64,000 nt of DNA from an uncultured Candidatus Saccharimonadales bacterium (GTDB taxonomy: Bacteria; Patescibacteriota; Saccharimonadia; UBA4664), in assembly GCA_964467655.1 (NCBI GenBank), contig CAYXSN010000007.1, forward strand, positions 682 through 64,681. Direction: 5' to 3'. Both the position numbers and the translations under genes were made by a program. Below are positions 56,447-64,000 of this stretch, in pieces (the stretch's first letter is position 1; each line of letters opens with the position of its first letter). Under the pieces are notes generated by a model that saw only the letters and a program-made list of their open reading frames with translations, made no database searches and was not told the origin of the DNA.

Positions 56447-56696
56447 GATGGAAAATCTCCACGTTACGAATACCAGCCCAAGCAGATTGCCTCATATGGT
56501 GTCGGTCCGAACTGACGGCACGATCATTACGCTACCAAGTAACAGGATGCAATCACGAATCGATTGAGCTGCACCAAAAGTCCCACCCAGATATCCTGGG
56601 TGGGGCAGTTCATTGGGCGCCACCTCAGGCAAGGATCGGGGTGGCGCAGCTTGAGATCGCGCTTGTGCTTATATAGTCTAGCGCTACAATAACAGT

Positions 56697-58988
56697 ATGA
56701 AGCACAAATTTGTGAGCTGGTTGCTGCCCATAGTCTCAGTCACTTTGGCCGGAGTTGTCGCCTTCGCTGGCGTAAGGACTGAGGCACCAGTACGTCTTGA
56801 GTTTGAGTGGCGCTGGTTTGGCCTGGCTTTGATGATCGCCATTATCATCACAACTACCGTGCTGGCGATGGTGCTGCGGCGGTTCAAAGTGGTCCAGGCG
56901 TCGTTGCGCTGGTTTGCGGTGCTGCTGGTGTGCAATATTGTCTGGCTATTCTTGACCCTGGCCATGTCGTTGAGTGCTAGTGCTGAAGCTGCAGCGTTTT
57001 GGCAAGGCCTGCTACCTATGGCCTGGATACCTATTCCAGCAGTATTGTTATTTTTTGTGCTGACCTATGTCAATGATGGCGATATGCCGCTAGGACTCGC
57101 GTCGTGGACGTTCACGCTTGCGTCAGTATCGAGCCTGCTCTTTCTGGCTGGGTTTACTGGTTTGATCGAACGTCACGAGCCGTTTCATCCGTCACTCCAG
57201 TATTGGGGCTGGCAATCTGAACCGGGGCCCTATGCCAGTCTTACGTATGCTTGGATAGCGATCCTGGCAATAAGTAGCATCGTGGTACTCATACAAGCGT
57301 ATCAGCGCACAGTCAACCCAATTCACAGGCGACAGCTGAAGCTATTTATCATAGCACTGTCGCAGTACATTACCGTTGGACTGCTATTTGATGCGGTTAT
57401 CTACACTATTGATCCCAATTTCTCTCCGCCGATGGCGTTTGCCTATACCACTACACTGAGTCTGATTATCGGGTACGGTATTTTGCGGCATGGTTTATTT
57501 AATGTCAGTCCAGCAGCGCTATCGGAGCCTATCCTGCAAAATCTGGCAGAGGGCATCCTCGGGCTAAACCGAGACTACATCATCGAATTTTCAAACGTTG
57601 CCGCCAGGCAGATCTTCGGACAAGACGAATCAAAGCTCCAAGGCCGCGGGTTGAGAGACCTTTTCAAGGATCAAGACCGCCGGCGCATTGCGGGATCAGA
57701 CAGTTTACAGTCTGAGTCGACAGTCCTCGAGGATATCGTGGCCCTCGGACCAAATTCTCGTAAGATTCCGGTAACTGTCACCATTAGCCATATACGTGAC
57801 GATCGCGGAGCCATTGGCGGCCACATCCTGGTCATCCAGAACATTACCGAACTCAAACAAAAAACGCTCCAGCTGGCCCGCGAAAAGACCAACATTCAGC
57901 AGCGGATACTGCAGCGAACAGCGCAATTGCACGATGAGCGAACCAAGCTCCAGGCTTCTATTGAGAGCCTAACCGTCGGTTTTGTGCTTTTCGATGTGCA
58001 TGATAACGTTGTCACGCAAAACTCCGCCCTCAGGCAGGTTGTGGCCGCCAGTGATGTTATCAAAGACGTCAAAGATCTAAGCTCACATCTTGACGGTGCC
58101 AGATTGCCGGATATCCTCCTTGGTGCTCGCCAGGCCGGCCGAGCAGGCATTACCAAAGAACTGAGCGCCGGCGGCAAGATATTTAGGGTTTTTGCGACAG
58201 CTGTTGCTAGCCAGGAGGCGTCAGCGACGGCCATTGGCACGGTCATGATCATTGAAGATATCACCGAGATCAAGGTTAGGGAGCGGTCTCGGGACGAGTT
58301 CTTTTCTATTGCCTCGCACGAGTTGCGCACGCCCCTCACGGCCATCAGGGGCAATGCTACAATGATCGCCGATTATTATGGCGCCGAGCTCAAGAGCCCA
58401 GACCTGAAGGCGATGATAGACGACATCCACGAATCAAGTGTCAGATTGATTGAAATTGTCAACGACTTCCTGGACCTTTCGGGACTCGAGCAAGGGAAAA
58501 TTGTCTTTGATCTCAAAGCCTGCGCCCTCGAGCCACTCCTGGAATCTGTAGCGTATGAGATGAAATCGGTGCTGCGCTCAAAACAACTCTATCTCAAGCT
58601 CGATCCTCTCACATTAGACGCGCTGCCCAAAGTGTGGGTAGACGAGAATCGGACCAAACAGGTCATTTATAACCTTATAGGCAACGCCGCCAAGTTTACT
58701 GACTCAGGCGGAGTGACCGTGACGGCTTCAACCAGTGGCGGTTTTGTGAAGGTGGTAGTAACCGACACGGGCCAAGGCATCGAGAAGGAATCGCGCAAGT
58801 TATTGTTTAGGAAGTTTCAGCAAGCCGGATCAAGTATTCTCACCCGCGATAGTACCCGCGGTACCGGTCTAGGGTTATACATTTCCAAACTCATCGTGGA
58901 GCGTATGGGCGGCAAAATCGGCCTCAGGAGTACGGCCGCCGGTAAGGGCTCATCATTTTACTTTACGCTACCAATCGCTCCTCGGTAA
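56697..58988 (+). CDS. Sensor histidine kinase (multi-TM, PAS, coiled coil, PAS, HisKA, HATPase_c); paralog of 23219..25660
   Basis: H-box FFSIASHELRTPLTAIRGN identical to HK at 23219; ~80% nt identity over kinase core. Confidence 0.8.
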   Translation: MKHKFVSWLLPIVSVTLAGVVAFAGVRTEAPVRLEFEWRWFGLALMIAIIITTTVLAMVLRRFKVVQASLRWFAVLLVCNIVWLFLTLAMSLSASAEAAAFWQGLLPMAWIPIPAVLLFFVLTYVNDGDMPLGLASWTFTLASVSSLLFLAGFTGLIERHEPFHPSLQYWGWQSEPGPYASLTYAWIAILAISSIVVLIQAYQRTVNPIHRRQLKLFIIALSQYITVGLLFDAVIYTIDPNFSPPMAFAYTTTLSLIIGYGILRHGLFNVSPAALSEPILQNLAEGILGLNRDYIIEFSNVAARQIFGQDESKLQGRGLRDLFKDQDRRRIAGSDSLQSESTVLEDIVALGPNSRKIPVTVTISHIRDDRGAIGGHILVIQNITELKQKTLQLAREKTNIQQRILQRTAQLHDERTKLQASIESLTVGFVLFDVHDNVVTQNSALRQVVAASDVIKDVKDLSSHLDGARLPDILLGARQAGRAGITKELSAGGKIFRVFATAVASQEASATAIGTVMIIEDITEIKVRERSRDEFFSIASHELRTPLTAIRGNATMIADYYGAELKSPDLKAMIDDIHESSVRLIEIVNDFLDLSGLEQGKIVFDLKACALEPLLESVAYEMKSVLRSKQLYLKLDPLTLDALPKVWVDENRTKQVIYNLIGNAAKFTDSGGVTVTASTSGGFVKVVVTDTGQGIEKESRKLLFRKFQQAGSSILTRDSTRGTGLGLYISKLIVERMGGKIGLRSTAAGKGSSFYFTLPIAPR

Positions 58989-59011
58989 TATGTCATGAAA
59001 GCTGCACCAAC

Positions 59012-59455
59012 ATGCTTACCACACCCCACGCTGTAGTCGGAGCCGCCATCGGAGCACTCATACCCAGCCCCTGGCTAGCGGTGCCGGTAGCAGTGGGCAG
59101 CCATTTTGTACTCGATAGTATTCCGCATTGGCAAGAAACCCTCGCGCCATACAACCCTACTCGCAGGACGTATGTCCGCATCATCTTCGACTTAATGCTC
59201 GCCGGACTCTTAGTAGGCTTGATGGCCAGCTGGCAACCTGATCGTATCGCCGCAGTGTGGCTGGGGGCTGCCGCCGCCAACGCTCCAGACCTAGATACGC
59301 TCACGGTACTGCTACCTAGTCTCAGGCGCGGGCCAGTTCAGCGGTTCTGGGATTGGCATTGCCGCATTCAACGCGAAACCAGCCAGCTCGCGGGCGTCTA
59401 CACCCAGCTGGCCACCATTGCGCTCTGCTTGGGCCTGGCCTATTTCATCCAGTAG
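59012..59455 (+). CDS. Hydrophobic membrane protein, possibly YdjM/DUF457-like metal-dependent hydrolase
   Basis: 147 aa; MLTTPHAVVGAAIG... His-containing N-terminus. Confidence 0.3.
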   Translation: MLTTPHAVVGAAIGALIPSPWLAVPVAVGSHFVLDSIPHWQETLAPYNPTRRTYVRIIFDLMLAGLLVGLMASWQPDRIAAVWLGAAAANAPDLDTLTVLLPSLRRGPVQRFWDWHCRIQRETSQLAGVYTQLATIALCLGLAYFIQ

Positions 59456-59494
59456 CGGTGTATACTGCAACTATACAAATAAAGGAATATCGGA

Positions 59495-60247
59495 ATGGAA
59501 TTTCTGTTTAGCGGCACGGGACTTATGGCCGTAGTGGCGCTGTTTTTGTTGTCGGGTATTCGAATCGTCAACCAATACGAGCGGGGAGTGGTGTTGACGC
59601 TCGGTAAATTCTCGGGCATCAAGGAACCGGGCTTGCGCCTAGTCGTACCGGTTTTTCAGACCATGCAAAAGATCGACATGCGCTCTACGCCGGTCGATGT
59701 GCCGAAGCAAGAAGTGATCACCAAAGATAACGTCACCATTGGCGTTGATGCCGTGGTGTATTTCCGCGTCGTCGATTCTGGCAAGGCCGTGCTCGAAACC
59801 AACGATTATCGCTACGCCACAGCCCAGTTTGCCCAGGCCGCTCTGCGCGACGTCATTGGCAGTGTCGAGCTTGATAGTCTCTTGGGCAACCGCGAAGAAA
59901 TCAGCCAGCAGATTAAGACGATAGTTGACTCAGAGACCGAGCGCTGGGGGATCGACGTTGAAAACGTGAAGGTCCAAAACATCGAACTACCTCAAGACAT
60001 GAAGCGCGCCATGGCCAAACAGGCCGAGGCTGAGCGTGAGCGCCGGGCTGTTATCATTAGCGCCGAGGGTGAAAAAGCCGCCGCCACCCAGGTAGCCGAA
60101 GCGGCCCAGATTCTGAGCAGTATGCCGGGTGGTATAAGCATCAGAACATTGCAAACACTAGAGAAGATCGCCGTCGAGCCTTCACAAAAAACCTTAGTGG
60201 TTCTGCCAGCCGAATTGACTGACGTATTCAAAGCCATTCAGAAGTAG
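59495..60247 (+). CDS. SPFH/Band-7 (stomatin/prohibitin-like) protein
   Basis: N-terminal TM; RIVNQYERGVVLTLGKF...IDMRSTPVDVPKQEVITKDNVTIGVDAVVYFRV; coiled-coil C-terminus. Confidence 0.75.
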   Translation: MEFLFSGTGLMAVVALFLLSGIRIVNQYERGVVLTLGKFSGIKEPGLRLVVPVFQTMQKIDMRSTPVDVPKQEVITKDNVTIGVDAVVYFRVVDSGKAVLETNDYRYATAQFAQAALRDVIGSVELDSLLGNREEISQQIKTIVDSETERWGIDVENVKVQNIELPQDMKRAMAKQAEAERERRAVIISAEGEKAAATQVAEAAQILSSMPGGISIRTLQTLEKIAVEPSQKTLVVLPAELTDVFKAIQK

Positions 60248-60431
60248 GCAATACGTTTCCGCATGCCTAACACGACAACCACTTGCACAGTTTGCAGAAT
60301 TGAAAGAGACAGAAGAATTGACTCAAAGCAATAATCTGGTAGAATAATAAAGTCCATAATCCTATGGGCAACTTTGGATACGGGTTGCTATCCCATAGAG
60401 GAGCTTAACCCACGTCGAAGGGACTGCCATC

Positions 60432-61541
60432 ATGGCGGCAAACCAGGGGAGAACAGCTCTCTCCCAAATCACCATCACCAACGGTGTCCTTGAGATCATC
60501 ATCGACGATGATGGTGCCGAGATCATGGTGTTGCGAGGCAACGTCGACCCCGACTGCCTGCACATGCTGCTCATTGACACCACATATCAGCGTGAAGAGC
60601 TGACTCCAAGAAAGATTGATGCTTTGGCCGACGCTTTCCGTGTCGGTGAGATCTTGCCCGATATCGACCTTGGGATGCGCGGTGATGACTGCATTGAAGT
60701 TGAGGGCGAACCAGGAACGTGGCGATTGTCCGGGCGCACTTACATCATTGACGGCCAGCAACGTCGAGCCGGTGCACTCAAGGCTTTAGAAGAAGGGCAT
60801 CGGCCACGTCTAGGTGCCGTTGTACATTTCAACACAACGCGCGCTTGGGAGCGCCACCGTTTCGACAGGCTTAACCTCTGTCAGACGAAGTTGGGTGCCA
60901 ACGTGGCACTCAGGAATCTTGCTGCCGACGAAGGCAATACGGCAGCACGGGCCATTCTTCAGCTGAGTAGGCATGATGACTTCCTGCTGCAGGGCCGCGT
61001 CCAGTGGAGCCAGAATATGGCACCCAGGGACATGATCACCGCTCGCAACCTCTTGTTGGTCGTCGCGCGGCTTCATGCCCATATGGGCCCGGGCCGCAGT
61101 AATGGTTCAGTTGAGATTGTTGAAGGGCTGCAGAAAATTGCCGAGAACTGCGGCATCCCCAATATGAGAGCTAACATCATCCGGTTCTTCGAACTCATTG
61201 ATGAAGTTTGGGGGATCCCCAACGCTGATGAAGGCTTCAATCGGGCCGATATCGTCTGGATGAAGCAAGGCTTCATCTATGTCCTGGCAGCCTTCCTGTC
61301 TGACCACTACAACTTCTGGGAGGACGGCAAGCTTGTCATAGATAAGCCCACCATCGATAGGCTGAGGCGGATCGACCCGGTCAGCCGAATCATTGCCGGT
61401 TGGATCAAGGGCGGCAATGAAGGCGCAAACAGTCTACTGATGCACCTTGTTGCGGTTGTTGGCAAGAACCGCCGCAAGCGTCTTGAACCCCGGCATAGTT
61501 TCATGGCCGAAGTAAGCGATGACGAAGCAGGAGATGAGTGA
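60432..61541 (+). CDS. ParB/Srx-fold DGQQR-motif protein (DndB-like / DUF262-like)
   Basis: 369 aa; TYIIDGQQRRAG at ~aa 100. Confidence 0.45.
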   Translation: MAANQGRTALSQITITNGVLEIIIDDDGAEIMVLRGNVDPDCLHMLLIDTTYQREELTPRKIDALADAFRVGEILPDIDLGMRGDDCIEVEGEPGTWRLSGRTYIIDGQQRRAGALKALEEGHRPRLGAVVHFNTTRAWERHRFDRLNLCQTKLGANVALRNLAADEGNTAARAILQLSRHDDFLLQGRVQWSQNMAPRDMITARNLLLVVARLHAHMGPGRSNGSVEIVEGLQKIAENCGIPNMRANIIRFFELIDEVWGIPNADEGFNRADIVWMKQGFIYVLAAFLSDHYNFWEDGKLVIDKPTIDRLRRIDPVSRIIAGWIKGGNEGANSLLMHLVAVVGKNRRKRLEPRHSFMAEVSDDEAGDE

Positions 61542-62269
61542 TCATGGCTTACTCTGGCACAGTCCAAGCGTGTATCCAGCATATGGTGCAGGCTGTAGGT
61601 GAAGACCAGGCAGCTCGGGTCCTCGCACTCTTTACGAAGGCCAATGCACGGTCGACGGCAGCAAGATGGGTGCGGGGGCGCAATATGCCTCAGGGCAACT
61701 TCCTGGCACGGCTGATGTATGGCCTCGAGCTTTTGGGTTATGAGATCCACGAGTACAGGCGGCTTCCCAAGTGCAGCAAGACACTAATCCGTCTCGTGGC
61801 ATTAGAAATCGTCACGCCTGAGTATCTACAGGGTCAGCTCAATTACAGAGACTCAAAGTCTTTGTGGAGAGTTGCATTGATGGGGAAGAAGCCGACAATA
61901 GAGCGGCAGTATCGGATTGAGCTGCTTGAGAAGTTCTACGAAGCAGACATCAAGGCCGCCATCGATCGCTGGTCGACTGAGCTTGAAGACACAAGGCTAA
62001 GTTGCCAACAGCGGCTAGTCGATGATAAAGGCAAAGTCTCGTCTGATGAAGGAGGTACGGCAGTAACCGTGGCACCGACTGGTGCCACGATAGGCAATAG
62101 GGCGTCTGCACGGATGCTTGCCAATCTGGTCCAATGCCTCGGACTGGTGCTTGAAGAACTTGGCGAAGTCAATGCTGCGAGTCCAGAAGTCATCTCGGCA
62201 TTTACTTCGGTATCTCCCAAGCATGTCACGAGAGTCGCCGAGTTCTTGATGTGTCGATTGCCATCATAG
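61538..62269 (+). CDS. Hypothetical protein, translationally coupled partner of DGQQR protein
   Basis: 243 aa; ATGA overlap with upstream stop; no motif recognised. Confidence 0.35.
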   Translation: MIMAYSGTVQACIQHMVQAVGEDQAARVLALFTKANARSTAARWVRGRNMPQGNFLARLMYGLELLGYEIHEYRRLPKCSKTLIRLVALEIVTPEYLQGQLNYRDSKSLWRVALMGKKPTIERQYRIELLEKFYEADIKAAIDRWSTELEDTRLSCQQRLVDDKGKVSSDEGGTAVTVAPTGATIGNRASARMLANLVQCLGLVLEELGEVNAASPEVISAFTSVSPKHVTRVAEFLMCRLPS

Positions 62270-62286
62270 ATCATCGGCACATTTGC

Positions 62287-62316
62287 CCCCCAGAGGACAC
62301 ATGTCCTCTGGGGGGC
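62287..62316 (+). terminator. GC-rich perfect hairpin CCCCCCAGAGGA-cacatg-TCCTCTGGGGGG
   Basis: 18 nt after stop of 61538..62269. Confidence 0.55.
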
Positions 62317-62394
62317 AATCCATTTATAACCCCCTTAAACATAATCGGCCCAAATCGGTTGGACTCGCAAAACTGCGGTAGTAAAGTATAAGCC

Positions 62395-62431
62395 CGGCGC
62401 CTCCAGAATGAATCATTCGGGAGGCGCCGGT
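62395..62431 (-). terminator. Long GC-rich hairpin CCGGCGCCTCCAGAATGA-a-TCATTCGGGAGGCGCCGG (one mismatch) 3' of minus-strand gene
   Basis: 20 nt past stop of 62451..63176. Confidence 0.5.
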
Positions 62432-62450
62432 GTCGTGCCTGAAGGCAAAC

Positions 62451-63176
62451 TCAGGCCGGCTGTGCGGCCACACTGGCCGCCGGCACCCCGGCTGCCGGGA
62501 TCAAAATGTGGCCCGGTGGCCGCGCGTGAGTCTGCAGATATCCAGCGGCAGTCAGATCCGAGACAGCCACTGCCAGAGTGAGGTCGGCTAGCGCCCCATC
62601 GACCTCCTTCTCGGCACCGCTCCAGGCGGCGATCAGGTTGAGCGGTGGCAGCTCATCGCGGTAGATCACGAGGCGTTCGGCACCCTGGGAGTTGGGCATG
62701 CCCGGCAGCAGTCCGTTGCCGGTATACGCCTGGCGCAAGCCCATTCCCAGCACATGCACTGCGTGAGCCTTGCAATAAGCGATCTCGCGAGTTGACAAGC
62801 CACCTGTGACCGCCAACGGTTCGTCGCAGTTGGCGCCCAAATAGCTGCCAACCACCCAAGGATCCATCACTGCGATGGCATGCTCGACAGCGGCTTCTGG
62901 AGCCGTCGGGCACGAGCCGTTATCGCAGACCACGTTGGCGCCGCGCGGAGGCTCCACAAACAGTAGTCCGGTCATGGCTGCCGCCGGTGCGATAGCCTTG
63001 GCATTTCGCAAACCGTGCCTGGCGCGCATAAGAGTCGCGTCCAACAGTTGCGCGATCGTCGATGCGCGATCCGCCAGCGCCTGTAGGAGCGCCTCGGCGT
63101 AGGCTTGCTGCACAGCTGACGACAGGCCATGCCACTCAGGATGATCAGCGATCAACTTGTCAATCGAGGGGAGCAT
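62451..63176 (-). CDS. Hypothetical protein (GC-rich)
   Basis: 241-aa ORF; markedly higher GC than neighbours. Confidence 0.4.
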   Translation of the reverse strand: MLPSIDKLIADHPEWHGLSSAVQQAYAEALLQALADRASTIAQLLDATLMRARHGLRNAKAIAPAAAMTGLLFVEPPRGANVVCDNGSCPTAPEAAVEHAIAVMDPWVVGSYLGANCDEPLAVTGGLSTREIAYCKAHAVHVLGMGLRQAYTGNGLLPGMPNSQGAERLVIYRDELPPLNLIAAWSGAEKEVDGALADLTLAVAVSDLTAAGYLQTHARPPGHILIPAAGVPAASVAAQPA

Positions 63177-63343
63177 AATGATGTCAACCTACTCTCGTTT
63201 TAGGGAAAGCGGACCATATATCTATACTGCAATTTGATCACAAATGCAAATTGCCAAAGCTCATCTGCTGGCTAGGCCTCCCGCTCAAACACGGGCTCTG
63301 GTATAATCAAGCACGTTGGCCCTGGTGGTAGGGTCACAGGTTT

Positions 63344-63417
63344 GGCACCTTGGCGGAGTGGCTACGCAGCGGTCTGCAAAACCGTTTACACCGGTTCAAG
63401 TCCGGTAGGTGCCTCCA
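63344..63417 (+). tRNA. tRNA-Cys (anticodon GCA)
   Basis: acceptor GGCACCT/AGGTGCC, anticodon loop CTGCAAA, T-arm ACCGG-TTCAAGT-CCGGT, encoded CCA; TGGTATAATCAA promoter-like motif at 63300-63311. Confidence 0.8.
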
Positions 63418-63482
63418 GCAATTCTTTAGGTTATTAAGCATAAGCGGCTAGGCAGACAGCCCGGCATCTGGCATAATCAGCT

Positions 63483-64000
63483 TCAAGAGTTATGCAGCCC
63501 CAAGGGAAACGCCAAGTCATCATTAGCTTCCGCCCGGAGCACCTCCTTGGTTGGGGGGTGACGATAGCGGCTTGTGTCATCCCTGTGGTGTTATGGTTGA
63601 GAATCCACCCGCTGGCCACCATCCAGGGCTACACAGGTATCATGCTCAGCTTGGGGCGAGTGACGGGCTTGGTCGGTTTCGTGATGTACTCGCTCAATCT
63701 GGTGTACTCCACCCGCTGGCGCTTTCTTGAGCGCTTTTTCGGGGGCCTCAACCGGGTGTACATTGCCCACCACTTGCTCGGTGGATTAGCCCTTATTCTG
63801 CTCTCATTTCATCCAGTATTCCTGGCCCTGCGCTACATTTTTACTTCATTCAAACAAGCCGCCCTGTTGATGTTGCCCAATGGCTTAACGCCGCTGAGTG
63901 CTTTGTTTGATCCGTCGGCCGAGAGTCACGCTCTGGTGCTCGAACAATGGGCCATATTCTTTGGCTTAATAGCGTTCTGGGCCATGGTCGTATTGTTGCT
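63483..64000 (+). CDS. Ferric-reductase-like transmembrane domain protein (3'-partial, runs off window)
   Basis: hand translation MQPQGKRQ...RVYIAHHLLGGLALILLSFHPVF (heme-ligand His pair on TM helix); not in ORF track because no stop in window. Confidence 0.5.

Larger units (their letters stand above)
26700..56500. mobile_element. Putative integrative conjugative element / genomic island adjacent to tRNA-Gly (boundaries approximate, right end undetermined)
   Basis: serine recombinase abutting tRNA; RHH, DUF2958, Replic_Relax, complete monoderm T4SS operon, RadC, PLD nuclease, TA module; GC content visibly lower than flanks. Confidence 0.45.

Noticed and set aside
56585-56607. Perfect 9-bp inverted repeat CCCACCCAG-atatc-CTGGGTGGG upstream of HK3, considered as island right end or att site
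   Set aside because: An isolated palindrome without similarity to the tRNA or to the recombinase-proximal end. More likely a terminator or operator; insufficient evidence.
58993-59304. 103-aa minus-strand ORF
   Set aside because: Antisense to the better-supported hydrophobic membrane-protein ORF 59012..59455.
1-64000. CRISPR arrays, rRNA, tmRNA, RNase P, riboswitches
   Set aside because: No evenly spaced short direct repeats or recognisable conserved RNA cores seen. The only regular repeats are the cassette units and intragenic protein repeats.

Overview
The sequence looks bacterial and probably monoderm. Its type IV secretion genes are of the Gram-positive type, there are WxL/Csc-like surface-protein clusters, and many genes appear leaderless. 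I cannot assign a taxon; a CPR/Saccharibacteria-like or Firmicutes/Chloroflexi-like origin are both possible.

Roughly 1-26.5 kb is GC-richer, apparently chromosomal DNA. It holds a Csc/WxL-like cell-surface gene cluster and a 2288-aa Ser/Thr-rich surface protein with three carbohydrate-binding (CBM4_9-like) modules. It also holds a secreted FN3/thioredoxin-fold fusion with a Cache-like sensor, and two tandem sensor histidine kinases with three orphan receiver-only response regulators. A tRNA-Phe/tRNA-Gly pair sits at 26.57-26.72 kb. Directly abutting the tRNA-Gly 3' end is a large serine recombinase that opens an AT-richer block of about 30 kb. That block carries an RHH protein, a DUF2958 protein, a Replic_Relax protein with an AT-rich inverted-repeat region (candidate oriT), and cargo enzymes. 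It also carries a complete monoderm-type T4SS operon on the minus strand. The operon runs VirB2-like pilin, VirB6 with a fused second pilin-like domain, VirB3/PrgI-like, VirB4 split into two translationally coupled ORFs, a CHAP hydrolase and a VirD4 coupling protein. RadC, a PLD nuclease, a Ham1 ITPase, an HhH-GPD glycosylase and an XRE regulator follow. The block is most simply read as an integrative conjugative element (ICE).

The most unusual part is 50.4-55.7 kb. Six same-strand cargo genes are each separated by copies of a composite repeat. The genes are a HAD hydrolase, a DUF998-like membrane protein, an MBL hydrolase, a MazE/PIN pair, a type IV pilin-like protein and a CPBP protease. 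The repeat contains a conserved 46-aa small ORF on the opposite strand (four intact paralogs and one extended copy), a terminator hairpin, and a conserved box ending in GGTTAGAGTCC, an 11-mer also present in the T-arm of the tRNA-Gly. Two of the repeat units appear split around inserted genes.

Downstream lie a third histidine kinase (a paralog of the second), an SPFH protein, a DGQQR-motif ParB-like protein with an unknown partner, twin GC-rich terminators, a tRNA-Cys and a partial ferric-reductase-like membrane protein.
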